From: Camelus dromedarius
Taxonomy: Eukaryota
Length of the DNA: 64,000 nt
Assembly (NCBI RefSeq): GCF_036321535.1
Contig: NC_087436.1
Location: 95,544,001 to 95,608,000 of the forward strand
Reading direction: 5' to 3'
Shown: positions 13,124-25,530 of the stretch, one piece after another
Layout: every line of letters begins with the position of its first letter
How positions within the stretch are numbered: position 1 is the first letter of the stretch
Made by a program: the position numbers and the translations under genes
The notes under the pieces: generated by a model
Told to the model about the DNA's origin: nothing
The model's database searches: none
What the model saw: the letters and a program-made list of their open reading frames with translations, nothing else

Positions 13124-13603
13124 TACATTAGTTTCTTAGAGATGCCATAAAAATTACCAAAAACTGGGTGGCTTAAAACAATAAAGATATATATTTTCAG
13201 TATCTTGCAGTTCAGGAGGCGAGAAGTCTGAATCCAAGGTTTTGGTTGAGTTCTAGACCCTCCAGGGGAAAAGGCTCTGGGGGGAGTCCTCCCTTAACTT
13301 CCTCCAGTTTCTGGTGGCTCCCAGCAATCCTTGGCGCTCCTTGGCTTGTAGCCACCTCACTTCTGTCTCTGCCTCTGCTGTCACATGACCTTCCTCCCTC
13401 TGTGTGTGTGTCTGGGTCTCCACGTGGCCTTCTTATAAGAATACAAGTCCCTGGATTTAGGGCCCATCTTAATCCAATATGACCTCATCTTAACTTAATG
13501 AATTGCAGATGCAAAGACCTTGCTTCCAGATAAGCTCATGCTCTAAGGTTCACCTCCAATTCTGTGGACATGAATTTGGGGAGACATTATCTAACCCAGT
13601 ATA
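13124..13603 (-). mobile_element. MaLR solo LTR (MLT1C-like)
   Basis: AAACTGGGTGGCTTAAAACAA...CCAGTTTCTGGTGGCTCCCAGCAATCCTTGGCGCTCCTTGGCTTGTAG...AATATGACCTCATCTTAACTT. Confidence 0.92.
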
Positions 13604-14184
13604 GTTATTGATAGTCACATTTTCCCAACTGCAGCATCAGGTCATCACTCTCTTTTATTTACTAGTCCTCTGACATGGGCACCCTCTCTGTCCCTCTTGG
13701 TCTTAACTGCACCTTGAGGGAGAGCCACTTCTGCAAGGGAAAACTTGAGAAGCCCACATCTCCATTGTTTTACCTCTTCTTTGGCAAAGAAAAACAGGAG
13801 TGAATAAATCTTTGCCTTGGAACTGTGCTTTGCCATTTGGAATACTTCCTTTTTGAAAAGGCAATATTTTCTCTTAGAAAATACATTTCAAGTTGCAAAC
13901 AGTCAGTTTAGAAACTATATTTAGAAATGCTGTCAGCTCCACGTTGGGGGAAGTCTGCATTGTTAATGAGATATCACGCAGTGTTTTGGACTGTCATCAG
14001 AGCCACAGCGGGAATCTAGCTTCAGTGTAATCCCTCCAGATAATGCTGTCTTTGATTTTTAAGAAATGAGTATTGTTATCAAAAATAAAATTTTTATTTT
14101 GGATAGGCTCCTATAAAAATCAGTCCATTTATTTGACAAGATTCTAACTTACATACAAAGAATTTCAGTATTAGATTTCTTAGT

Positions 14185-14520
14185 ATGGGTTTTTCAAATA
14201 TCAGAACCTGGGACAAGATCTGGGGTCCAGGTGGTTAATTTGGGAGGCTGTCCCCAGAAGTAGGAGGGAGGGAACAAGGAGAGTGAGAGGCAGGCAGAAG
14301 GAAAGCCAAAATGAAGTTCGTGGTCAAGGTCACTGCTGTGTGCAATGGAAGCTTGGTTCCACAGTACTTTAGAGGATTGTAAAGAACCCCCCCCCCCAAA
14401 TTATCCTCTCTGAAGACCTAGGTTGGAGCATTTCCTAGCTCCTTCTCATTATCGAATGAGGTATGCCTCTGGGGCATCCTTCACACTTCTGATCAGTACC
14501 TGCCTGGGAGACGATGTTGG
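14185..14520 (-). mobile_element. ERVL LTR (LTR16C/E-like)
   Basis: CAGAACCTGGGACAAGAT...GTGGTTAATTTGGGAGG...GGAAAGCCAA...GTCACTGCTGTG. Confidence 0.6.
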
Positions 14521-15689
14521 GGTTGAATGCACTTATGATGAAGGGCTGGCATCACATGGTAAGACTTAAGTCACATGTAAGTGTCTACTACAGCTGTGCT
14601 TCAATCAGAGGGGGGCCAAGGTAAGAGGACACAGGGACCAGAAGCATCTGCTATATTGGAATTCCTTCTTTCCATCGAGGATAAGATCTTCAGCATGATC
14701 ATACCTGAAAGTCAGGATGGTGTAGAGAAGCACGGAGCTGGTGTAGCATCCTGTGCTGGGAGGTACCAATCCTTTTAGCCTCTGGCAGCCAGCTGGTATC
14801 TTTCTGCAGGTGGGCTTCTGCCACAAGAAGCCTCACCACGGGCTCCTCACAGGCTAGCCTGAGTGGGATGAGTACCACAGCGCCATCATGACATGTTGAG
14901 TTTAGCCAAGGAGGTGCTCTGCCACTGGACATGGACGTCTCCAGTGAAGCTGTTGGAATGTTCATGTTCCAGGTGCCCAAAGAGTACAGCATGAAGGCTA
15001 AGCTTTGAGGAGGGGTGTAGAGGTAAGGCAGGGGCAGCACAACTCCAAATGGTGGCCCAAACGTTTGTCTTGATACATACTAAGTACTTCTCTCCCTTTG
15101 TAGCTAATATTGCCATATAATGGCATCTGAGCTGGCTGTAGGTTCTCTGCTTTACCAGTGTACCCATAATTTAGAACTTTGCATTATTTTGAAATACTTT
15201 GCATGAAATTTTTTAAGTAGATGAGAAGTCCATTGCATTAATTCAAGACATTTCAGCACTAAATTGTCAATGACAGAAAAATGAGCTGTTGAACTTGTCA
15301 AATACAATTTCGACTATTGTATTTTTAAATAGTTTTTTAATGGTTTAAATTTTTTAAACTACTTTTGCAGTTTCTTGTTGATGGCCACATTCAAGTATTT
15401 GAAGATATCATTATTACAGATTTTTATCAGTAATTTCATGTCACCATTCCAAGCATTAACCTCTGATTAAAATAGACGTTGTGTTCACAAAAGAAAGCTC
15501 AAGTGCCTCATAAAATTTTTGAAATATTGTTATTTGGAAATTCTATATAAATTCTGTGTCCAATATATTCCCCACTCACTGTATTTTATTTTTTGTAGCC
15601 ATATTTTCCATATAATACAAGCCCTCAAAGAGTTCCTGTTCCAGAGTGCTATACAAACACAATCATTTTCTACGTGTGTCATGTCATAA

Positions 15690-16060
15690 AAACAAGCAAG
15701 AAATTTTGAAATAGGGCAATTTATTATCTCATGTAAGAAGTTTGGAAGAAGTACAGTTCCTGGTTTAAATATGATAGATGCTTAATGACATCACTAAGTG
15801 CCTACAGTTCTTTCTATCCTGTCTCTGCCACCCTCTGTGGTTTGGCTTTTGTCCTCAGATTGTCCCCAGATTGTCCCTTCATGGCTGCATAATGGCTCTG
15901 GCAACCTCAAACATCATGTCCTCATACAATAATTTCCAAACGTTGAAAGAAAGAATGTCCTTTCTTTGGGCCCACCCTCAGACCAAAGATGCTTACTCAT
16001 AAGAGTTTCCTTGCAAACCTTCCATCACATCTCAGTGGGCCTCTTCCCAGGAAAAAAATT
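15690..16060 (-). mobile_element. Old MaLR LTR (MLT1J/K/L-like)
   Basis: AATTTATTATCTCATGTAAGAAG...CTTTCTATCCTGTCTCTGCCACCCTC...ATGGCT...AACATCATGTCC. Confidence 0.55.
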
Positions 16061-16129
16061 ACCACAAAAATCAGTTAGAATGTTCCATTGTGGACCTTAG
16101 AAGTTGATTCTAGATGATAAAGAAGGAAA

Positions 16130-16870
16130 GGAATTTTTTAAAAAGATACTGGCTGTAGGTCAGCAATAATCTTAGCATCATTGAACGGAGGACCAGCCAG
16201 TGTGCATCTCCTGATAAGATGTGATACAAGGACCCAGCACAGCTTGAGAAGTATCCTTGCAAAACCATGAAATGGCAAGTGAATCTTATCAAGTCTCCAG
16301 ATTCAACTACCAGTTTAAAGGAAATACTGGGGATAGAGGAACTAGCTAAACAGCACCACAAGGAGAAAAACAACTAAATCCAGGATATAGGACATCATAT
16401 GGGGCAAATGATCCAGTTTTTCCAGCAAACCAATGGCATGAAAAAACACGGAGGGAGGGAGACTGTTAGAATAAAAGAGATTTAAGAGACATGACAGTCA
16501 AATGCAATGATGTGAACACTTTTGGATCCTGATTTAAGCAAGCCAACCATAAAAGACATATTTGAGACAACTAGGGAAATTCAGCTATGAACTGGATGTC
16601 AGAGGATATTAAGGACATCAGATGCTACTAATTTTGGTCGGTAATAATGACATGGAGAAGTATTTATGAGTAAAATGATATGACTGATGCCTGGCATTTG
16701 CTTTAAAATACTCCAGGGGAAAGAAATGGTGGAAGGGGACAGGTAAGACAAGACTGACAAAGCTGTTGATAATTTTCAGTGATGGGAATGCATACACAGG
16801 ATTTCATATGACGCCCTCTACTTTCAGCTGGCTTTCAACACTTCTATAATACATTATAAAAAGTTAAACA
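16130..16870 (+). mobile_element. Old L1 (L1MC/L1ME) 3' region
   Basis: GAATCTTATCAAGTCTCCAGATTCAACTACCAGTTTAAAGGAAATAC; AAAAGACATATTTGAGACAACTAGGGAAATT; GCATTTGCTTTAAAATACTCCAG. Confidence 0.85.
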
Positions 16871-16889
16871 AATGCTCGCAGTATTTTGG

Positions 16890-17260
16890 GGAGAGCCTGA
16901 GAACTAGGCTTGAAGGTAAGCTCCCAACAAACAATCTTCCTGACTACACCCCAGAACTGGCAGGATAGGAGACAGCCCCAGTGGCTCCACCCCACTGAGC
17001 ATCAGAGGAAACTACTGCCCGACTCCTGCCTCCTCTGCACCAGAAACTTACCTTTGAACCTTGTACTTATGACACTACTGCCACTGAAAGCCAGACACTT
17101 CAATTACTCCTCTGAGCCAACAAAAAAATTAAAACTCCCCACATTGCTTGCTTTTGAATTGACATCTTACACAGGTGCATCTGATGGGTGGAGTCTATAT
17201 TGTGTCTTAGCTGCCAGGGAGTCAGAATATGAGCAAGGCAGAATGGATAATGCCAACACT
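16890..17260 (-). mobile_element. Old ERVL-type LTR fragment
   Basis: GGTGCATCTGATGGGTGGAGTCTA...TAGCTGCCAGGGAG resembles the reverse of the LTR33-group CCAATCAGA core. Confidence 0.45.
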
Positions 17261-17577
17261 CTTGCCCCAGTTTTCAATACCAATACCAACATAGCTTATC
17301 TCAATTTTCCTTAAATGTAGAAAGAATATCCAAAAGATGATGGGCACCCATGCCTAGAACAGATACCCACTATCTTCTATACCATAATTACCATAGATTG
17401 ACTAAGACTCACCTTTTAGGCTAGAGAGGGACTCGGCCATTCCTGAAATATATGGACTTCCCATACCTGACGAATACAGGGTTCTAGTGGCAAGGAAGAA
17501 AAGACCAGGGGTGGGGAGGGTCGTGCAGGGGATGGCTATTGGGACGGTAACTCATAGTGGGTGCCACAGATGTTAAA

Positions 17578-17850
17578 GCGTCAGTATGGCAGTGCGTATG
17601 AAAGTGGTCCAGTCTGGAAATCAGATTTCTGTGCTAGCTGTATGGCCTTGGGTCAGTTACTTAACCTCTCTACCCTCAGGTCAAATAGATCTAACTTACA
17701 TCGGTGGTCTTCCTCCCTGCCTCCCACTCCCCACTCCCCAACTCCCTTCCCTCCCCACCTCCCTTCCCTCCCCTCCACCTCTGAGGAACCTAGGCTCCAT
17801 AGACTTAAAAAAGAATTACTGGACTAGGTGATGTTTTAGTGTTTTTCCCC
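17578..17850 (+). mobile_element. MIR SINE with internal C-rich low-complexity insert (17712-17780)
   Basis: CTAGCTGTATGGCCTTGGGTCAGTTACTTAACCTCTCT core. Confidence 0.7.
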
Positions 17851-19744
17851 GGTTCGAGTATTTTATTTTTCAGTGACTCCCCCTTTGGACCAATTTATAC
17901 TTCACACTCTGTTTTACATGAATAGAGCAAAGTTTTCTATGAGAAGAGTGAAATAGACTAGGGGTCAGAGCAGCTCAGTTTTGCTCTGTCCTAGCACTAC
18001 TGCGATGAGTCATTTGTCTGTACCTTGGTTTTTCAGTCAGTCAGATGTTCAGGCCCCCAGATTGCCAGGGTGCAGATCACACATATGCTCTGTTCAAGCT
18101 CTCAGATCATAAAACGCCCGGGAAGAGGCTCTATTTCCTCTTCATGTCTGTCATTCCCCCACAATGCCCTGCACAAAGAAGTTGCCTAGGAACTGTTGGC
18201 TGATTATTTGATGATACACAAATCCAATTTTAATGTTCTGAGCAGTTTCTGTCCTCATAAATCACTAGTATAATGGAGACTGACTAGGGTTCCTCTGGGC
18301 TGTGGGAGCAGAGGGAGGGGCCCCCTATAAGGCCACTGACACAGGAGCATTTTCAGCACTCCAGAGGCGGCGGGGAAAGCTGCATCTCTGACCATCTTCT
18401 CCACCTTCTTACCCTCTCCCTTGGAACACTGAGTTTTAAATTCTTCCATCTACTTTCCCAGATCTTTTTCTTTTATCCCACCCATCTTCCATGAGCAGCC
18501 TGGCTTGTGTCCTAGTTCGAATCAGAGCAAAATTATATGTATGAAATTCAGGATGAGGCTCCTCACGACCAGCATTGCTACAGCCAGCAATTTTTCTTAC
18601 AAGAATCGGACCTGTCGAGAGTCATTATGATGCCATGATGTCTCTTTGATGGTCTTGCTCATCATGAAGAAGAGAGAAGAGGGAGCAAAGGTTAAAAAAA
18701 AAAAACTACTTAACATTCTGCAACGGGTGGTCCTTTCAAATACAATTAGTTTCACACAGTATTCATCTGTTCCTGCATTTGCTAAAAGGCAAAGTGGCCC
18801 ATGAGTTCATCGTGTCTCTGCCTCTGCCTTTCGAATCACATTGAGTGTTTCAGCAAGGAGAGAGCTGAACCTCACTCCCTCCAATAAATTGCGTAATTGG
18901 AAAGCAATAAATTTAAAGATCTCAAAGAAATCAGAATAAAGAAAGTGTCCAACAATGGCTTACTCTAAGTAATAACCATTTATGTCTCCCATTTGGTAAA
19001 GTGCTTTGCAAATGTAATCACCTTTTAGTCTAAAGCGTATTCGTTCTGTGAGTAGAAAATGATTTCATTTGTGAGAATAAGTGTTACCTATGGTTTTAAT
19101 CACCCTGGAGCTGTTCAGTGCCAGAGGAGCTTTAAAAATACTAGCAGCACTGTGAAGAGTTAATTTGCTACAGTAGCTTAAAAATCTTATCTTTCTATAG
19201 AAGCTACCTTTTTACTTATTTCTAAACAGTAGAAAGTTAAAGGATAAAAGCATACACACACACACACATACACGAATATACAGTATTAAAACTACTAGCG
19301 TTTAAAATTTTCAAATGTTAGCACTGTTTTTGAAAGTTGTATCTTTAGTTGTGACTTGACTTTTTTATGATTTACCATTTTAGGTAACAAGTTGCTTTAT
19401 TTTGAACCAGCCATCCAATTATTGAGTTCCACCTATAGAAAATTTCTACAGATATTGCTAACACTAATAATAATTTCACATTAATGGCACTAAGTGTTTA
19501 GTATCTGTCCTACCAGGAACAAATGTCATTTTCTGAAAAGCTGTGTGATTTTTTTTCCCCTAACTTTAGACTACCTTGTAGAAATCTTTTGTTTGATGTT
19601 TGTTTTTAATAGATGTGTGCTGCAGAGGAGTTGGGGAGACACGGCAGTCTGCACCCTGCAGCAGTTACATGTGGAAAGGTCTTTGTAGCCCTTGATTAGA
19701 TTCGCATTTTGAGTGTGGTCCAACCACAGAGAATGGTAACCTTT

Positions 19745-20508
19745 TCCCCTCCAATATTTTATTATGAATATTTTCAAATATACAGAGAAAGTTGAAAATA
19801 GTTTTACAGTAAATACCTTTCTACCCCTCTCTAGAGTCTATAATTAGTGTTTTGCTGTATTTGCTTTAGCTCATAACTATCCATCTACTCATCCTTCTAT
19901 CCATCCATCAATCCAGTTAATTTTTTTAATGAAAATGAAAGTAAGTTGCAAATGGTAGTATACCCTCTTATAAATACTTTACCATGCATATCATAGCTGG
20001 AGTTCTATATTTATTTTCAGTTCCTTACAGGATTTTTTGTAAAGTTTATGGACATTGAAATATGTATTTAAGTATTTCATTTGGTTAGTTTGGCAAGTGC
20101 TTGTACCTGTCTGTCTGAATAGTTATCAAAATATAGAACATTACCTTCACTGCAGAAAATTCCCTCCTGTCCTGTCCTAGTCAATCCCTGTTGCTACTTC
20201 CTTACTCCCATTTAATCACTACTTGGCTTTTTTTCATCATAGAATCATTTTGTCTGTTTTAGAACTTCATGGTCATACTAGATATAGAGAGCTTTTTTAC
20301 TCAGCATAGTGCTTTCCAGATTCATCCATACTGTTGCCTGTTTAGTAGTTGGTTTCTTTTCTGTTATGCTGAAGTGTTTCTTTGTAAGAATGTATCGACT
20401 TTATTTATCTGTTTTTCCATTGGTGGACATTTAGGTTGTTTCTGGTTTGGGTCTATTTTCAATAAAGCTACTTGTACAAGTTGTTGTTGTTCTTGTGGAC
20501 ATTTCTTT
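19745..20508 (-). mobile_element. Old L1M 3' fragments
   Basis: AATATTTTCAAATATACAGAGAAAGTTGAAA; TATCAAAATATAGAACATTACC; TGGTGGACATTTAGGTTGTTTCTGGTTTGGG. Confidence 0.85.
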
Positions 20509-20509
20509 T

Positions 20510-21330
20510 AGTCCCCTGGGGCCACCAGAAAGGAATGTAGCCTTGATTATCAACACCTCAATTTTAGCTCATGAAACCTACAGAGCAGTAATATGATGCA
20601 TTTGGGTTAAGCCACTAAATTTGAGGTCATTTGTTACAGCAGCCATGGAAAATGAACACAGAGTTTGGTTCTGGGAAGTGAGGCTGCTGCTATAACAAAT
20701 ACCTCAAAATATGGAGGTTGCTTTGGAAGTGGGCATTGCACGGAGGCTGGAAGGATTTTGAGACGCATGGAAGGAAGCCTGGATTACTTTGAACAGATTG
20801 TTAGTAGAAATCTGGATGTTAAAGGCTCTGCCAGAGAGGGCTCAGAGGAAGTGAGGACCATGGCAGAGAAAACACAAATTGCCTTGGAAATACCTAAGTT
20901 GTTGTAAACAGATTATTAGCAGAAAGACGGACTTTAGAGGCACTGCTGATGATGGCTCTGGAGGAATACGTTATTGGAAACTAGAGGAAAGGGGATGTTA
21001 GTTATATATGGCAGAAATTCTGTTGATGTTTATATGGAAAACAGAAATTGTAAATGATGAAACTGTATTTTACCTGAGGAGTTTTCCAAGCAGAGTGTTA
21101 AATATGAAACTGGGTTTCTTCCTGATGCTATTAGTAAACCATGAAAGGAAGGAGATAAATTGAGGGAAAAACTATTAATAAGTAAACTAAAAAGAATTAG
21201 AACTTGGTGATTTGGTAAATTCCCAGACGATCCAGATCACAAAAGATGCTAAAAATAAAAAATCCACTATCAAGAAAGTATGTTCTAGAGATAAAATGAA
21301 GGGGGTGGAAAACAAATTTTGCTAACACTA
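20510..21330 (+). mobile_element. MaLR MLT1 LTR 3' part (to 20660) plus MLT1 internal region
   Basis: LTR end AAGCCACTAAATTTGAGGTCATTTGTTACAGCAGCCATGGAAAATGAACACA followed directly by the internal start GAGTTTGGTTCTGGGAAGTGAGGCTGCTGCTATAACAAATACC. Confidence 0.85.
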
Positions 21331-21344
21331 CATAACCACGGGAG

Positions 21345-21429
21345 CTATTTCCTACAGTAAATCTCCTGTGATGTATCTCTGTAATATATCCTATTGCTTC
21401 CGTTTCTCCAAAGACCCCAGAATTACACA
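21345..21429 (+). mobile_element. MLT2-like (ERVL) LTR 3' tip
   Basis: ATATATCCTATTGCTTCCGTTTCTCCAAAGACCCCAGAATTACACA resembles the MLT2 terminus. Confidence 0.55.
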
Positions 21430-21955
21430 TGGTCATAATGCATTACTATTTTTTATATACAGCTGAATTAACTTTGTCAACATTCTGTTAAGAATGCTCA
21501 TGAAGAACATTGGTCAGTAATTTTATTTTATTTCTAATGTCTTTATCAGGTCTTGGTATCAAGGTATGCTAGTCCCATAAAACAAGTTTTTGGAAAACAT
21601 TTATCTAAGATTGATGTTATTTATCCCTTAATATTTGATTGAATTCACCGGCAAAATTATCTGGCCCTGCGGTTTTCTTTATGAAAAGACTTTAGGTAAA
21701 TTTCAGCTCCTCTGATAGACAGAACACTATTCAGATTTTCTATTTTCTATTGTGTCAGTATGGGAAAGTTGTCTGTCAAGAAATGTTTTTATTCTAAATT
21801 GTCAAATGTACTGCAAATTTTGTCTAAAATATCCTTTTTGTTCTTTTCATGTCTATAGGCTGTCTACTGCTATTTGCTCTTTACTTCCTGATAGTCATAA
21901 TTTATATTATTTCTCTTTTATTCTTGATCAATTTATTAATGGTATTACCAATTGT
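21430..21955 (-). mobile_element. Old L1 ORF2 fragment
   Basis: GGTCTTGGTATCAAGGTATGCTAGTCCCATAAAACAAG; GAATTCACCGGCAAAATTATCTGGCCCTG. Confidence 0.85.
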
Positions 21956-22227
21956 AGAAGGCTGAGAAAATAGAAGTGATGCATAATTCATAGAGCTTAG
22001 CTTTACTTGTGGGTTAAGAACTGACAAAGATTGCTGCCCCAAATATTTCTAAATATTTCTACTGGGGGCATATAATACAACATTTATTGTATGTAAAATC
22101 ATACAACTATTTCATCATTTCACAGCACTTTTCTATTTACTAATCTATGGATAATAATGCATGAGTACATGAGTTCTGCAGCAAAAAAACAATTGAGTTT
22201 GACCAAAACCTATTATTATAGCATCAA

Positions 22228-22445
22228 GGTCAGGCAACATATCCTAGTGGTTAAGAGCTAAGCTCCTGGAAATCAGACAGACTTGTGTTTATATCTTGGC
22301 TCCAGTGCCTGCTAGCTGGGGACTAACAATTTACCTTCTTTTCCCAAGCATATAATGCTGACAGGATTAAATAAAATAATGCATGTAAAACATTAAGTAC
22401 AATTATTGACCCAATGTGTTCAAAATATTTTTGGCTCTTATTTCT
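22228..22445 (+). mobile_element. MIR SINE
   Basis: CTAGTGGTTAAGAGC...AATCAGACAGACTTGTGTT...AGGATTAAATAAAATAATGCATGTAAAACATTAAG. Confidence 0.8.
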
Positions 22446-23062
22446 ACCACTACTACCACTATTACTAGCCCGGTCAGATTTAATCTTAGATAGCAGAGTT
22501 TGGCTTATTTGTGTGTATGTTTTTTTTTTCTTTTCCTCCTGTTGCATTGTCTTAAGAATTTTTACTTCCTGTCCTAAACGTTGTAAAATGCTGCTCAGCA
22601 TTTTTTTTTCTTTTTACCAGTACACGGCTGTAAATTATCTCCAGAGATAGTTTTGATATCAAATGGAGTGTGGTCCTTGATTGATCGAAGTGAATTCTGT
22701 ACCATTTTCATTTGCATAGTTCTTTGGGGATGAAGAAGGTATTGCCAAAATTTTTTCCATGTGTTCTTGAAAATTATCTAAGACCAAAAAAGACATTAAA
22801 ATATAATTCTAAGCAAACAGGAAACTGACTTTTTCTTTCGGGAACTTAGTCGAAAGCCAACTTTTTGTGGGCTTATGTGAAGGTTCCTCCCACAAAGGTC
22901 AGAAATTTATCTTGCATTTTCAGTCTCTTATTTTCCCCGTCTTTCAGGCTACCTGCAAAGATCCCACCCCTTCTTTCTTTCATCGTACAGAAGCTGACTC
23001 CAAAAACACCTGCACAGATTTTCTTTTTAATGCTTTTTCCTTCTTCTTACAAAACAAAGCTG

Positions 23063-23335
23063 CTTCTTCTTCTTCTTCTTCTTCTTCTTCTTCTTCTTCT
23101 TCTTCTTCTTCTTCTTCTTCTTCTTCTTCTTCTTCTTCTTCTTCTTCTTCTTCTTCCTCCTCCTCCTCCTCCTCCTCCTCCTCCTCCTCCTCCTCCTCCT
23201 CCTCCTCCTCCTCCTCCTCCTCCTCCTCCTCCTCCTCCTCCTCCTCCTCCTCCTCCTCCTCCTCCTCCTCCTCCTCCTCCTCCTCCTCCTCCTCCTCCTC
23301 CTCCTCCTCCTCCTCGTCTTCTTCTTCTTCTTCTT
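23063..23335. repeat. Compound trinucleotide tract (CTT)31(CCT)53 CGT (CTT)6
   Basis: Counted directly; consistent with the L/P/R/L and K/T/R/K runs in the ORF track. Confidence 0.98.
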
Positions 23336-24904
23336 AGATGAAGACAATCTCACAGAAATACCAGACAGCCACACGGGCTTCAGGCAACTATAAATAATTT
23401 CCCCATCCACAACCAAATACAAGTACCTGGCATGCTGTTTATACAGTCTATTAATCATTATTTAGTCAATGGAAATGTCAAGCTATGGACAAGCCTGGAC
23501 AGACGATGTGTCTTTCATGGAGAGACTCCTTTGTCTTGTTATGTAACTGCCGATATTTTATAGCCATCATGATTTAGGATAAGACTGTTGAGCTATCCTG
23601 CAAATTCATGGCAAACTTTTGACTTTAAAAAAGTGACACAATTGGGCAATTTTATTTGGAGAGAAAAAAAAAAAACTTGATGCGCACGTACTATTTGCTT
23701 TCTTCATTGCAAATTCTTTTCTCTTTTAAAAATATGCATTCAACACATTTGCATGTAACAGTAACCTGAATGTGTATATTGTTTTGTGTTCTATTTTTCA
23801 CTGGCTATTACTTCCTATACGCATTTCCACATAATGACACAGTTTATATTTGTCATCAGTGACTAAGGAGAAGTCTATCATGTTAAGATAATTTAGTGTA
23901 CTTAGCTATTCTCCTACTGTTGAAAATTTGAATTGTTTCTAATTTGCTAGCTACTCTAACCAACTTTGGGCAAATAAGGACTATCTGAATTATCTTCCCT
24001 CCTTTGGAGTTATTTCCTTTGTACATATTATCAACATTTCTATATATCATATTAAAGCTTTCTTTTGGGGGTAATGAGCAGAAGGAAAGCTTTATTCTGA
24101 GTTAATTCTTTGCAATCAGATTTTACTGCAAATATTCGAGCAATGGCTTACTTTTCATAACCACATTCCTTACTTTTTTTTCAACCTGTGGGGCATTTCT
24201 TAATCATAGAGTCAAAATGAGAAATTTGGAAATAATTTATTCAATTAATATTTATTGTACATTTATTATAACTTAGGTATTATGCTAATCCCAGCACTTT
24301 GCCCTTTTTATAAATGAGGAAAGTGAGACCTGGAACAGGTTTTGTATTTGAATATGATATTTTGCATTTCAAAAGTTTTACTTTTAATTATTACCTGTAA
24401 TTATCTCACTATATTTTCTCAGTGGTCCCATGTGATTAAAAAAAAAAAGACACATTTGTTGACTTTTATTTTATTTTGCTTTAATTTACAAAGGAAGCAT
24501 TAAAAACTTAACAGAACTTATTCAAAATCACACAGTTAACTGTTGGTCAAGCCAGGATACAAATTCATTTCAGTGACTTCTTTGCCATGAGTCTGTCCTC
24601 AAGACTATGCAAATATTCCAAAATCAGAAACATAAGCCAATACACTTATGTGGGAATGTAACTTGTAGGCTACTTTTTAGAACTGGGTTACAAAATCTAA
24701 GTCTTCCCAACACAGAATTTTATCATTTTTAAATATCTGATTATTAAAAACATTATTTCTGAATGGATAAGTGGGCAAAGATTATAATTTAGAAACTGAT
24801 TTTAAAAAGTATTCATTGGGTGCCTTCTCTACGTCAGGCACTCTTCTCCACACTAGGAATTCAGCAAAAAGCAAAGTAGACATGGTCCCTGCCTTTATAA
24901 CCAA

Positions 24905-25530
24905 TATATATTGAATTAAAATGTTTGACCTTATTAATAATCAAATGTATACATAAAGAAAAGCAGTGATCCTGTACTTTTTAATTATGATTGTATCAGA
25001 TCAGTTCTTTAAAACAAAAAGAGAAAATACTCAAGGCCTCCAAGTGTGTCTAAAACTGATACTTTCTAACACTACAAGAGGAACCGTGAGATTGAATCCC
25101 CTGCTGGGAAAGAAATTTTGCAATAGACAGAGAACCTAAGAAATGTTTATACGTTTTGATTCAAAAGTCTCACTTCTGGAAATCATTCCTAACAGAAACA
25201 AACTTGATGCACAAAGATGTTCATTTCAGAGTTCTTTATAGTAGTTTTTAAAAATTTTAAAAAAAGGAAGGATGACAATGAGAACAAATAAGAAAAACAC
25301 ACAAGGCATCCACACAACAGAATTAAACATAGGCTTTCAAATATGTATAATAGTTCATGTGGGAAAAAAAAAGACTGTATAAAATGGTATAGTCAGTATA
25401 AGAAGGAGAAATACCAAAATGATAAAATGATGGGTGGTTTGTTTTTCTCCCCCTATTATTTTATTTTATTTTGTTTTATTGGTACTTTCTAGATTTATAC
25501 AGCAAGATTTTATTACTGTTACAATCAGGA
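24905..25530 (+). mobile_element. Old L1ME 3' fragment
   Basis: TTTGATTCAAAAGTCTCACTTCTGGAAATC; ATGCACAAAGATGTTCATT; TATTACTGTTACAATCAGGAGAAAA. Confidence 0.65.

Noticed and set aside
15100..15650. AT-rich segment that may be a hAT transposase fossil
   Set aside because: I could not match TIRs or a specific family confidently
22865..23458. ORFs of 143-158 aa with poly-L/P, poly-S or poly-R/K
   Set aside because: They are translations of the CTT/CCT microsatellite, which has no stop codons in those frames
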